64,000 nucleotides of DNA from an uncultured Gammaproteobacteria bacterium (GTDB taxonomy: Bacteria > Patescibacteriota > Patescibacteriia > 2-01-FULL-39-33): positions 20,667-84,666 of the forward strand of contig CAZLFP010000005.1 in assembly GCA_964558935.1 (NCBI GenBank). The letters run 5' to 3'. Made by a program: the position numbers and the translations under genes. The notes under the pieces are model-generated. The model was not told the origin of the DNA. It ran no database searches and saw nothing but the letters and a program-made list of their open reading frames with translations. Below, one piece after another: positions 9,974-18,385 of this stretch. Numbering within the stretch: position 1 is the stretch's first letter; the number at the start of each line of letters is the position of its first letter.

Positions 9974-10178
9974 CAGTTTTGAGTATTTGATTCAACATGG
10001 CTTTGGCGGTTGCTTGGGTGTCCTTTTCTGGAGATAGCATTAACCAAACAGAACTGCCAACAGTATATTTGGGATCAAAATCTTGAGCTGGCCAGTTGAG
10101 AGTTTGATTATCTGCTGTTTTAATGACAACCTGATTATTACTGATTCGCTCAATTTTAGCCGGTATGCTTCTAGTCAT
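9960..10178 (-). CDS. hypothetical small protein
   Basis: 72-aa ORF sandwiched between hsp20 and the VanW gene, overlapping both by a few codons. Confidence 0.35.
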   Translation of the reverse strand: MTRSIPAKIERISNNQVVIKTADNQTLNWPAQDFDPKYTVGSSVWLMLSPEKDTQATAKAMLNQILKTDDQG

Positions 10179-10623
10179 CTAATCTGGTTACTTTAATGCT
10201 GGTAGTCTTGTATTTCTTAGGCAGGGTGATGGTTAAAATGCCATTCTTGAGACTGGCCTCAATTTGAGTTTGGTTAATTTCTTGAGGCAGGACAATGGAA
10301 CGGGAAAAAACACCCCAATAGATCTCTCTGGCAAAATAGTCTTCGTCCATAATTTCCTGTTTATCATCTCGAATACCCCGAATGGTGAGCAAGTCTCCAT
10401 TGATGGAGATATCTAAATCTTCCGGTTCGACTCCCGCCATGGCGGTTTTGATGTAGATATTATCCTTGTCTTGGTAGACATCACATGACAACTGTCCTTC
10501 TTCGGCTAAAAAGGTGGGTTCGTAATCTGCTTGTTCATCATTGTAAAAAGCCAAAAAATCAGCTGCTTTTTGGTCTGTCTTAATCGGTACGTTTTTACCT
10601 GATGATTTTTTGTTAGCGGGCAT
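10171..10623 (-). CDS. Hsp20/alpha-crystallin small heat-shock protein
   Basis: Alpha-crystallin domain with conserved ...GILTITLPKK... C-terminal region and ...LDISINGDLLTIRG.... Confidence 0.85.
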   Translation of the reverse strand: MPANKKSSGKNVPIKTDQKAADFLAFYNDEQADYEPTFLAEEGQLSCDVYQDKDNIYIKTAMAGVEPEDLDISINGDLLTIRGIRDDKQEIMDEDYFAREIYWGVFSRSIVLPQEINQTQIEASLKNGILTITLPKKYKTTSIKVTRLDD

Positions 10624-10741
10624 ACATTCAAATATTGTATTTGATTACATTATATATAAAAAAAAGCGATTTGGCAATCATGAGATTGTTTAATTATCCT
10701 GGGTTAAGCTACTGTTTAGAGATGAGGGGGGGGGTGGTTTG

Positions 10742-12286
10742 CTATTGTCCGAGAATCATCACGATATCTGCAGCTGAACTGATATTGGACGGTACGATTT
10801 CAACCACTTTGGCTGAGTAAGTTTTTTGTAAGTAGTTTAAAGTGTTGGGGTATTGACCTTGAGACAAATCGTAGATCAGGGTTTGAGTGTAGTTGTGGTT
10901 GTCCGCATTGTCGACAGACACAACATTGATGCCACTGGTTTGCAAGTCATCTCTCACTTGACCGGCCCAACCATTGATCCAAGTACCATTTCTAATGTCT
11001 AAACTAGCTTGTTCCGTTTGGTAATCTGCCTCTTCAGACAGTGGTAGACTGTTGTCTGTCTCTTGTTCCGGTTCAACTTCCTCTTCAGGTTCTTCTTCCT
11101 CTTCCGGCTCTTCTTCATGTTCTTCTGGTGTGTAAGCATACAAAGCTTCATTGCTTTGGTTGACTAAGTCGGTAATTTCAGCTGTAAAAATATTCTGCCA
11201 TAATGTTTTAATGGCTGAAAAATTTTGATCATCCGGCAACAGAACATAGGCACCGTCAATGATTTGAGGATAGAGTAAGCCATCTGGTCCGTCAGATAAA
11301 GTGTGGTTAATAATGGTCGAAGTATCGATATCTTCCGCTAGATTGGTTAGTTTCAAAATCTCCCAGATTTCCACATTGGTATTAATATGCTGATTATAGG
11401 CAGAGAGTAAGCTGTTGATTCTTTTGGGGTTAAGCAAGGTGTTGACGCTGAAGACTTTGTCCTTTAAGGCAGCAATGATCTTTTGTTGTCTTTTTGATCG
11501 TGCAAAATCAGAACCTTCAATACCCAAAGCATGTCGGCTTCTGGCATACTTTAAGGCTAATTCACCATTCATATGCTGTTGTCCGGCTTTGATGTACAAA
11601 GTCTCGTAGCGGTTTTCAATCGGGTAAACATCTTCTTTGCCTCGTATGGGATATTGTTTATCTATTAGGTCACGGTCCACTTCCACATCCACGCCGCCGA
11701 ATTCATCAATTATTTTTTCAAAACCGCTGAAATCAATGACAGTGTAGTAGTGGATATCCGTTTCCAACAGTTGACTTAGAGTTTCAGCCATAACCCGGCC
11801 TCCGCTCAAATCCTGGTTAGCTTCAGCATAGGCATGTACAGCATTGATTTTCATCCAGCCGTAGTTATCTGTAGGAATGCTTAAATCTCTGGGCAGTGAC
11901 AGCATGGCCACTTGTTTGGTGCTGGGCTGGAAAGTACCCAAGATAATGGTATCTGCTAAAGTCCCGCCTTCATGATACTTACCGCCTATGCCAATAATTA
12001 AAAGATTAATTCTGTCATCTGCTTCTCCGACCAGCAGTTTATCATGAGATCTCATGAGCTTGCCCATTTGTTGAAACAGGTTTAATTTAGCCAAATTTGA
12101 AACCAAACCCTCACCGGAAAAAATAACTGATGAAGAAAAAACCGATAAAAAAATAATAACTACTATGGTGATGCCTAGAGTTATTCTGGTCCATTTATAT
12201 TGTCGAGGAGTTTGATGAGGTAAATCCGGCAAAAGGTCAATATCAATCTTGGGCATTGCAGTGCTTGGATAATGAATAATCAACAA
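10742..12286 (-). CDS. LytR-CpsA-Psr (LCP) family cell-envelope phosphotransferase with C-terminal LytR_C-like domain
   Basis: N-terminal TM; LCP core LLIIGIGGKY...GTLADTIILG...LSLPRDL; acidic EEHEEEPEEEEEPEEEVEPE linker; C-terminal domain. The true start may be the internal Met at about 12256. Confidence 0.75.
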   Translation of the reverse strand: MLIIHYPSTAMPKIDIDLLPDLPHQTPRQYKWTRITLGITIVVIIFLSVFSSSVIFSGEGLVSNLAKLNLFQQMGKLMRSHDKLLVGEADDRINLLIIGIGGKYHEGGTLADTIILGTFQPSTKQVAMLSLPRDLSIPTDNYGWMKINAVHAYAEANQDLSGGRVMAETLSQLLETDIHYYTVIDFSGFEKIIDEFGGVDVEVDRDLIDKQYPIRGKEDVYPIENRYETLYIKAGQQHMNGELALKYARSRHALGIEGSDFARSKRQQKIIAALKDKVFSVNTLLNPKRINSLLSAYNQHINTNVEIWEILKLTNLAEDIDTSTIINHTLSDGPDGLLYPQIIDGAYVLLPDDQNFSAIKTLWQNIFTAEITDLVNQSNEALYAYTPEEHEEEPEEEEEPEEEVEPEQETDNSLPLSEEADYQTEQASLDIRNGTWINGWAGQVRDDLQTSGINVVSVDNADNHNYTQTLIYDLSQGQYPNTLNYLQKTYSAKVVEIVPSNISSAADIVMILGQ

Positions 12287-12467
12287 CTTTAGTTATTATA
12301 GCTAACTACTTGAAATTTTACAATCATTTATGTTATAACAAAGATTTTTATTTGCCAAAATTAGATTTTAGTGCTATCATAAAAGATAATAATATGTCAA
12401 AATGGGGATTAAGTTAAGAGTATGATTTAATCTTGTTTGAGTATTATTTTAACTAATTTAAGGCAAT

Positions 12468-13103
12468 ATGATTAAAGGTTTAGATAACCAACCAGATCCT
12501 GACTTTGATGTCTACGCAAGTCAGGCAGGAAAACCTTCCAAATGGCAGATCTTTTGGGGTTTGATAGTGGAAATGATCAAAGTTGTGGTGATTTCTCTGA
12601 TGATTGTGCTGCCGGTCAGATACTTCTTAATTCAACCTTTTTATGTTAAAGGCGCATCTATGGAGCCTAATTTTTATGATCATGAATATTTAATCATTGA
12701 TGAAATTACTTACCGATTTGATGAACCCAAAAGGGGAGATATTGTGGTGTTTAAATATCCCAAAGATCCCAGGCAGTTTTTTATTAAACGAGTGGTTGGA
12801 TTACCCGGTGAAACAGTGAAAATCGATAATGGGCTGGTTTTTATCGACAGTCCAAATGGCTATGAGCCATTGCAAGAAAACTATTTGTTGGACGAGATCG
12901 AAACTTTGATGCCGCTGAAGGGCTACAGCCAGGTCAGATTGGCTCAAGATGAATATTTTCTCTTGGGAGATAACCGAGAACAGTCTTTTGACAGCCGAGC
13001 TTTTGGGCCGGTTAAAAGAGAGTTTATTGTCGGTCGTACCTGGTTGCGTGGTTGGCCGGTTAATCGGTTGACCGTTTTTAACACTCCTGAGTATAACCTA
13101 TAA
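12468..13103 (+). CDS. lepB: signal peptidase I
   Basis: Catalytic Ser box GASMEPN and Lys box KRVVGLPGE; GDNREQSFDSR. Confidence 0.85.
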   Translation: MIKGLDNQPDPDFDVYASQAGKPSKWQIFWGLIVEMIKVVVISLMIVLPVRYFLIQPFYVKGASMEPNFYDHEYLIIDEITYRFDEPKRGDIVVFKYPKDPRQFFIKRVVGLPGETVKIDNGLVFIDSPNGYEPLQENYLLDEIETLMPLKGYSQVRLAQDEYFLLGDNREQSFDSRAFGPVKREFIVGRTWLRGWPVNRLTVFNTPEYNL

Positions 13104-13106
13104 CTT

Positions 13107-14504
13107 ATGCCTAGACCCAAAAAAACAACAGCGGCTAAACCGGCTGCTTCCAAAAGAATAAAGAAAAAAGCTGCTAAGCAACTGGCGACTGTAACTGGCA
13201 TGAGAGACATTCTGCCTCAAGATCAGCAACAGTGGCAATATATTCGACAAGCGGCTCAAAATATGGCTTATGCCTATGGCTATGGCAGAATAGATACTCC
13301 GATTCTAGAGAATGTGGAAGTCTTTGCACGAGGAGTGGGTAAACAAACAGATATTGTGGAAAAAGAAATGTTCTCTTTTGTGGATCAGGGTGGAGATCAT
13401 TTAAGTTTAAGACCTGAAGCCACAGCTTCGGTGGTCAGAGCATATATTCAGCATGGCATGTTGAATTTACCGCAACCGGTCAAATTCTTTTACATGGGTC
13501 CCATGTTCCGACATGAAAAGCCCCAGTCCGGTCGATATCGTCAATTTTACCAATTAGGCTTTGAAGCGATCGGTGAAAGTAATCCGGCTTTAGACTCTCA
13601 ACTTATTCTGTTGGGCTTTAATATTCTAGATGACTTAGGTTTGGATACTGTGATTCAGATCAACAGTTTGGGTTGTCCAGACTGCCGTGAAGAGTATCGC
13701 AAGGAACTGGTTAAATATTACAAGAGCAAATCCAAATTGTTATGCAACACTTGTAAAAACAGATTAACCAAGAATCCGATGCGGCTTTTGGATTGCAAGG
13801 AAGAACAGTGCCAAGCTTTAAGAGATGAAGCTCCTCAAATTTTAGATTTTCTAGATGATGAATGTAAGAATCATTTCATGAAAGTAATTGAATACTTGGA
13901 TGAATTGGATTTACCCTACGCCTTAAATCCATATATCGTCAGAGGTTTAGATTATTACACCAAAACCATCTTTGAATTCTGGTCAGTGGACGATGAGGTC
14001 GGTAAAAGCGCTTTAGGCGGTGGTGGTAGATATGATGATTTGGTTGAGATTATGGGCGGTAGGGAACATACTCCGGCTTGCGGTTTGGCTTTAGGAATCG
14101 ACAGATTGGTGGCCAAACTGAGAGAAAAGGATTTGCAAGTGCCGGAAGTATACCAGCCAGATGTGTTTTTGGCTCAATTGGGTGATGCCGCTAAAAAGAA
14201 AACTTTGGTTTTGTATGAAAGATTGAGAAAGAAAGGCATTAAAGTGTCTCAAGCTTTTTACAAAGATGGCTTAAAAGGTCAACTGAATTTAGCTAACAAG
14301 TTAAAGGTTAAATTCACTCTGATCTTAGGCCAGAAAGAAGTCGGGGACGGTACGATTTTGCTCAGAGACATGGAAGGCGGAGTTCAGGAAGTTATAGATT
14401 ATTCCAAGGTTGAGAAAATAATTCAAAAAAGGTTGGAAAAGTATCGGGAAAGCGAAACATTGGTGTCAGACGAGGACCAACCTGTTGAAGATAATAATAA
14501 ATAA
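13107..14504 (+). CDS. hisS: histidine--tRNA ligase
   Basis: Class II motifs (GMRDILP, FRHEKPQSGRYRQFYQ, GGGRYD) and C-terminal anticodon-binding domain. Lys-rich N-terminal extension of about 30 aa. Confidence 0.9.
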   Translation: MPRPKKTTAAKPAASKRIKKKAAKQLATVTGMRDILPQDQQQWQYIRQAAQNMAYAYGYGRIDTPILENVEVFARGVGKQTDIVEKEMFSFVDQGGDHLSLRPEATASVVRAYIQHGMLNLPQPVKFFYMGPMFRHEKPQSGRYRQFYQLGFEAIGESNPALDSQLILLGFNILDDLGLDTVIQINSLGCPDCREEYRKELVKYYKSKSKLLCNTCKNRLTKNPMRLLDCKEEQCQALRDEAPQILDFLDDECKNHFMKVIEYLDELDLPYALNPYIVRGLDYYTKTIFEFWSVDDEVGKSALGGGGRYDDLVEIMGGREHTPACGLALGIDRLVAKLREKDLQVPEVYQPDVFLAQLGDAAKKKTLVLYERLRKKGIKVSQAFYKDGLKGQLNLANKLKVKFTLILGQKEVGDGTILLRDMEGGVQEVIDYSKVEKIIQKRLEKYRESETLVSDEDQPVEDNNK

Positions 14505-14521
14505 AAACTATAGAAAGCGAG

Positions 14522-14764
14522 GTGAATTTTGTGGCTGAAGTTAAGCGTAAAAAAGGTGAAACCTTTGAATCATTAGTGAGAAGATTTAACAAAAAAATTC
14601 AACAAAGCGGTAGACTGCTTCAAACCAGAAAGATTCGGTATTACGAAGCTAAGAAGAATAAAACCGCTGTCAGATCAGCGGCTGCCAGACGAGACGAGAT
14701 CAGTAAAAAAAGAGATTATCTCAAAAAGATTGGCAAGCTGGTTGAAGAACCAAGACGTAATTAA
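14522..14764 (+). CDS. rpsU: ribosomal protein S21
   Basis: Small basic protein; pattern (V)AEVKRKKGETFESLVRRFNKK matches the S21 N terminus. GTG start: either 14522 or, more likely, 14531 with a GAGGTG SD upstream. Confidence 0.7.
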   Translation: MNFVAEVKRKKGETFESLVRRFNKKIQQSGRLLQTRKIRYYEAKKNKTAVRSAAARRDEISKKRDYLKKIGKLVEEPRRN

Positions 14765-14769
14765 TCATC

Positions 14770-15228
14770 ATGTCTTTAGAAAAACAGATTAATACTGAAT
14801 TAGTCCAAGCATTGAAAGATAAGGCAGAACTCAAGCTGTCTGTGTTGAGAATGGTGAGAGCTGCTTTAATCAACAAAAAAGTAGAGCAGAAGATGGATAA
14901 GTCTCAAGAATTGGATGACCAAGCAGTGATCGCGGTCTTAAAATCTGAAGTTAAAAAACGACAAGACTCTATTGCATCCTATCGTGAAGCCGACAGAATG
15001 GATTTGGTGGATAAAGAACAACAAGAAGTTGAAGTCATTCAAAACTATCTGCCGGCTCAGATGTCAGAGCAAGCTTTGCAGACCATGATACAACAAACCA
15101 TTCAAGAACAGGGAGCAAGTAGTCCGGCCGACTTTGGCAAGGTTATGGGAGCCGTTATGGCCAAGACTCAAGGCCAAGCGGACGGACAAACGGTCTCAGC
15201 TTTGGTAAAACAGTTATTAAGTCAATAA
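14770..15228 (+). CDS. yqeY: GatB/YqeY-domain protein
   Basis: YqeY-like N terminus (ELVQALKDKAELKLSVLRMVRAALINKKVE) and length of about 150 aa. Confidence 0.7.
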   Translation: MSLEKQINTELVQALKDKAELKLSVLRMVRAALINKKVEQKMDKSQELDDQAVIAVLKSEVKKRQDSIASYREADRMDLVDKEQQEVEVIQNYLPAQMSEQALQTMIQQTIQEQGASSPADFGKVMGAVMAKTQGQADGQTVSALVKQLLSQ

Positions 15229-15243
15229 TGATAATTTAAATTT

Positions 15244-18200
15244 ATGTTTTTAAAACGCCTTTTTCCCGTGCAAAGGTCGTTAAAAACTACCAAAAAAGTA
15301 ATGGCAGTTTGTCTTTTGGTGGTTTTTTTGTTTCTTACCCTGGGCTTGCCAGTGGTTTTAGCGCAAGGTACACCCGGTGATCCGTATGGCTTGCAAGCGA
15401 TTGAGGAAGACACGGTTTTTGCCCCGACTAATTTAATCGTCATTATTGCCAACTTAATTCGAATCTTCCTGGGTTTGTTGGGCATGATTGCGGTGTTGTT
15501 AATGCTGTACGCCGGTTATCTGTGGATGACGGCTGCCGGCAATCCCGAACAGGTTCAGAAAGCTCAGAGAATTATTAAGCAAACGACAGTTGGTATTATC
15601 ATTATCTTATCTGCTTTTGCAATTGTCACTTTTGTCTTGGGTATTTTTGGGGGCGGTACCACCACACCGGGAGAGAGGCCGATTCCCACTCCTCGGCCAC
15701 CTCTAACCCCTTGGGGTATTGGCAAGGGACCGATTGAGGATGTTTATCCTCGACCCGGACAAGATGATGTACCGATTAATACGGCGATTGTAGTCACGTT
15801 TAAGGATGCGATAAATGCAACTACCATTTGTAATGTCACGGGAGATAGTAGTTGTGACGGTGAAATAATGAAGAATGTTGAAATTTGCATGTTAGATGAG
15901 AATAATCAATGTGTGGATTCTGTTCATCCGGAAAATCAGTTTCAGGCTACAAATTTTGCAAATACAACAGTGACACAAACGGGTGACGGACGAACTTTCG
16001 TCTTTAACGTAGCTGCCGGTGGTAAGTATTTGGGTGTGGAAGACGGACGTGAGCGACCTTTCCAGGTAACGCTTAAAAATGGCATTCAAAACACGGCCGG
16101 TGAGGATATTTTCAGCGGTTTAGCCGGCAACCAGTTCGCCTGGAATTTTGAAACCAACGGTAATTTGGATTTGGATCCCCCGGAAATAGTGGCTTTTGAT
16201 CTGTATCCCGGTTTAGATACTGCACAAGATATTTATACAGAAGCCTCTCCCGCCACCAGAGCTCAGACCACTTTAGCTTTTTCTGGGGCACCGCAGGCCA
16301 ACCAAGCCGCCAAAGTGAATGGCGTGCCGTATACGAGTAGTAATTTTAGTCAAACTTTAACTCAAACAACACAGATACCGGGTGCGACTGTTTATTTTAG
16401 AAGTAATGCCGGTTTTAGCATTAACACGGGTGGTACAGATACGGTGACAGTAACGGTGACGGCCGGTAGTGCGACTAACCCTGAGACAGGCATTGCTGAG
16501 CAAGTCGAAATTTCTGTAGCTGGTAGCTTTTTAACGTTAAATGTTAGTAGTAATCGGGTGGTCTTGTCTGAAGGCAATAGTATTTTTTCCGGTGCCTACT
16601 TGGAAGGAAATTTTCAAGCTGGCGGAAGCTGGACTTTTCAGGCCACTCCGGCTGTTCAGGGAGACAGGATAACCATAGATAACGAAGATCGCTTTATTTT
16701 TGTGGAAGCGACTGAAAATCGGTCCAGTCTTCAAATCAATGATCAATCTTACGTGACTGTCAAAGCTACAGACACTGCTGGCAATCCCAGATATTTGGGG
16801 AATTTGGCTGCAGCTATTGCTAATCAAACCAGATTAGCAACTCGTGTAGATGGCAGTAGTGTGGTTGTAACCGCTCCGAATACTGGAGCAGGTGAGATTA
16901 GCGTTAGTCATGATGTTGTAGGTTTAACAGTAACGCCAACTCCAGGCACTGAGCGAGTGATTAACCAGCGAACTGTTGGACAACGAGATTTGCCTAGAAA
17001 CCATTTCTTTCAGATTAATTTCAATGAACCGGTTAACCCTGTATTTTTAGATGGAAACATTATAGTTACCATCAATGGAACTCCAGTTAGTGATGTTAGA
17101 TTGGAGTATTCCAATAATTACAAAACAATTGAAGTCTTACCTCCAGAGACAAACAAATGCGGCGTCAGCAACTGTGGTCGAGATATCTATTGCTGGATTT
17201 TAAGTCCACAACAAGATGCTTACCCGGCTTCAGTGGAAATCAAAGCAGCGGTTTTACAAACCCAAGCAGTTCTCGATGCAAATAATTTATGTTCAGATTG
17301 GGGAGGTTCGGTTGATACTTATGGCAGATGCTCGCGTAAGGTGGATTTGGAGTGTGCTGCCGATTGTGAAATGATCTACTATCCATTAGCCTCCTACACC
17401 GCTCCAGACGGTGTGGTGGACTTGGCTTTTAATTCATTTAACGGCAGTTTCAATACTTATGAGGATTATGATTTGGCTAAGACGGTTGGTATTGCCGAGG
17501 GTCAGTCTTGTGATAATTGCGTGGAAAACAGTAATGATGGAAAATCTGGTCGGAATGCTTATATGTTAAAATACAACCCCAACTACACTCCGTTGACTAA
17601 TAATATGAAAAATGAAAGCGGAGGGAGCGCTTATTACGGAGACAATTTCCAGTGGTCATTTTATATTTCTTCATTACTGGATAAGGAAGCCCCACTGATT
17701 ACTTCTGTGACTCCGTTATTGGGCGGAGAAAGCGATTTTAGAGATGAACCCATTGCTATTAATTTTAACAAAGTTATGCGCAGCCGGACCTTAAGACCTG
17801 GCTGGGATAAAGACACTGAACATCGGTATTTGGTGGTCGAAACGGTTTCAGCCGGTGCCCAATCTTTGGGCTATTGGATTAGTAAGTATAATCTGGATAC
17901 GGATGCGGATGATTTGGCGGATGAGACGCGGGTGGAAATTGAACATACTCCTTATGCAGTGGCTACAGAATATGCCAGTTTAGCCGGGTCTGGTTTGGAG
18001 TCCATTGGTCAGAATTGTTTTAAGCCGGGAGCCGGTCCCAAAGATACCAGTAATAATTGCCAATATAATCCTAGCGGTGGTTTATATCAGGGTTGTGTGG
18101 CGGTGAATGAAAGTAATCCGTCCTCCTATGGCCATTGGAATTGCGCTGATGTGGCTGGCTTGGTGGAAGGTGTTGAAATATGTGCAGCCAATGAAATCTG

Positions 18201-18354
18201 CGAACCGTTTGATGAAACTGGAGATGGTAGCTATGGTGGTAGCTGGATTATTACTTTAGATGCAGGGTGGAGAACAACTAATACCACCTGTAGTGATGAT
18301 ACTGACAGCTGCCAGGGCTGTTGCTTTGGTCGATGTGTGGCCAGTGGATCATAA
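15244..18354 (+). CDS. giant secreted Cys-rich surface protein (1036 aa) with N-terminal VirB2/TrbC-pilin-like membrane hairpin
   Basis: Signal peptide, then two hydrophobic helices flanking a YAGYLWMTAAGNPEQVQKAQ loop (aa about 60-135). Long Thr/Asn/Gly-rich extracellular region ending in the Cys cluster CSDDTDSCQGCCFGRC. Confidence 0.7.
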   Translation: MFLKRLFPVQRSLKTTKKVMAVCLLVVFLFLTLGLPVVLAQGTPGDPYGLQAIEEDTVFAPTNLIVIIANLIRIFLGLLGMIAVLLMLYAGYLWMTAAGNPEQVQKAQRIIKQTTVGIIIILSAFAIVTFVLGIFGGGTTTPGERPIPTPRPPLTPWGIGKGPIEDVYPRPGQDDVPINTAIVVTFKDAINATTICNVTGDSSCDGEIMKNVEICMLDENNQCVDSVHPENQFQATNFANTTVTQTGDGRTFVFNVAAGGKYLGVEDGRERPFQVTLKNGIQNTAGEDIFSGLAGNQFAWNFETNGNLDLDPPEIVAFDLYPGLDTAQDIYTEASPATRAQTTLAFSGAPQANQAAKVNGVPYTSSNFSQTLTQTTQIPGATVYFRSNAGFSINTGGTDTVTVTVTAGSATNPETGIAEQVEISVAGSFLTLNVSSNRVVLSEGNSIFSGAYLEGNFQAGGSWTFQATPAVQGDRITIDNEDRFIFVEATENRSSLQINDQSYVTVKATDTAGNPRYLGNLAAAIANQTRLATRVDGSSVVVTAPNTGAGEISVSHDVVGLTVTPTPGTERVINQRTVGQRDLPRNHFFQINFNEPVNPVFLDGNIIVTINGTPVSDVRLEYSNNYKTIEVLPPETNKCGVSNCGRDIYCWILSPQQDAYPASVEIKAAVLQTQAVLDANNLCSDWGGSVDTYGRCSRKVDLECAADCEMIYYPLASYTAPDGVVDLAFNSFNGSFNTYEDYDLAKTVGIAEGQSCDNCVENSNDGKSGRNAYMLKYNPNYTPLTNNMKNESGGSAYYGDNFQWSFYISSLLDKEAPLITSVTPLLGGESDFRDEPIAINFNKVMRSRTLRPGWDKDTEHRYLVVETVSAGAQSLGYWISKYNLDTDADDLADETRVEIEHTPYAVATEYASLAGSGLESIGQNCFKPGAGPKDTSNNCQYNPSGGLYQGCVAVNESNPSSYGHWNCADVAGLVEGVEICAANEICEPFDETGDGSYGGSWIITLDAGWRTTNTTCSDDTDSCQGCCFGRCVASGS

Positions 18355-18385
18355 TAAGCAAGTAATTATATATACTTAATTTGGA

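Noticed and set aside
10635-10820. 61-aa + strand ORF in the hsp20/LCP intergenic region
   Set aside because: Overlaps the 3' end of the LCP gene and the hsp20 promoter; no start context or similarity.
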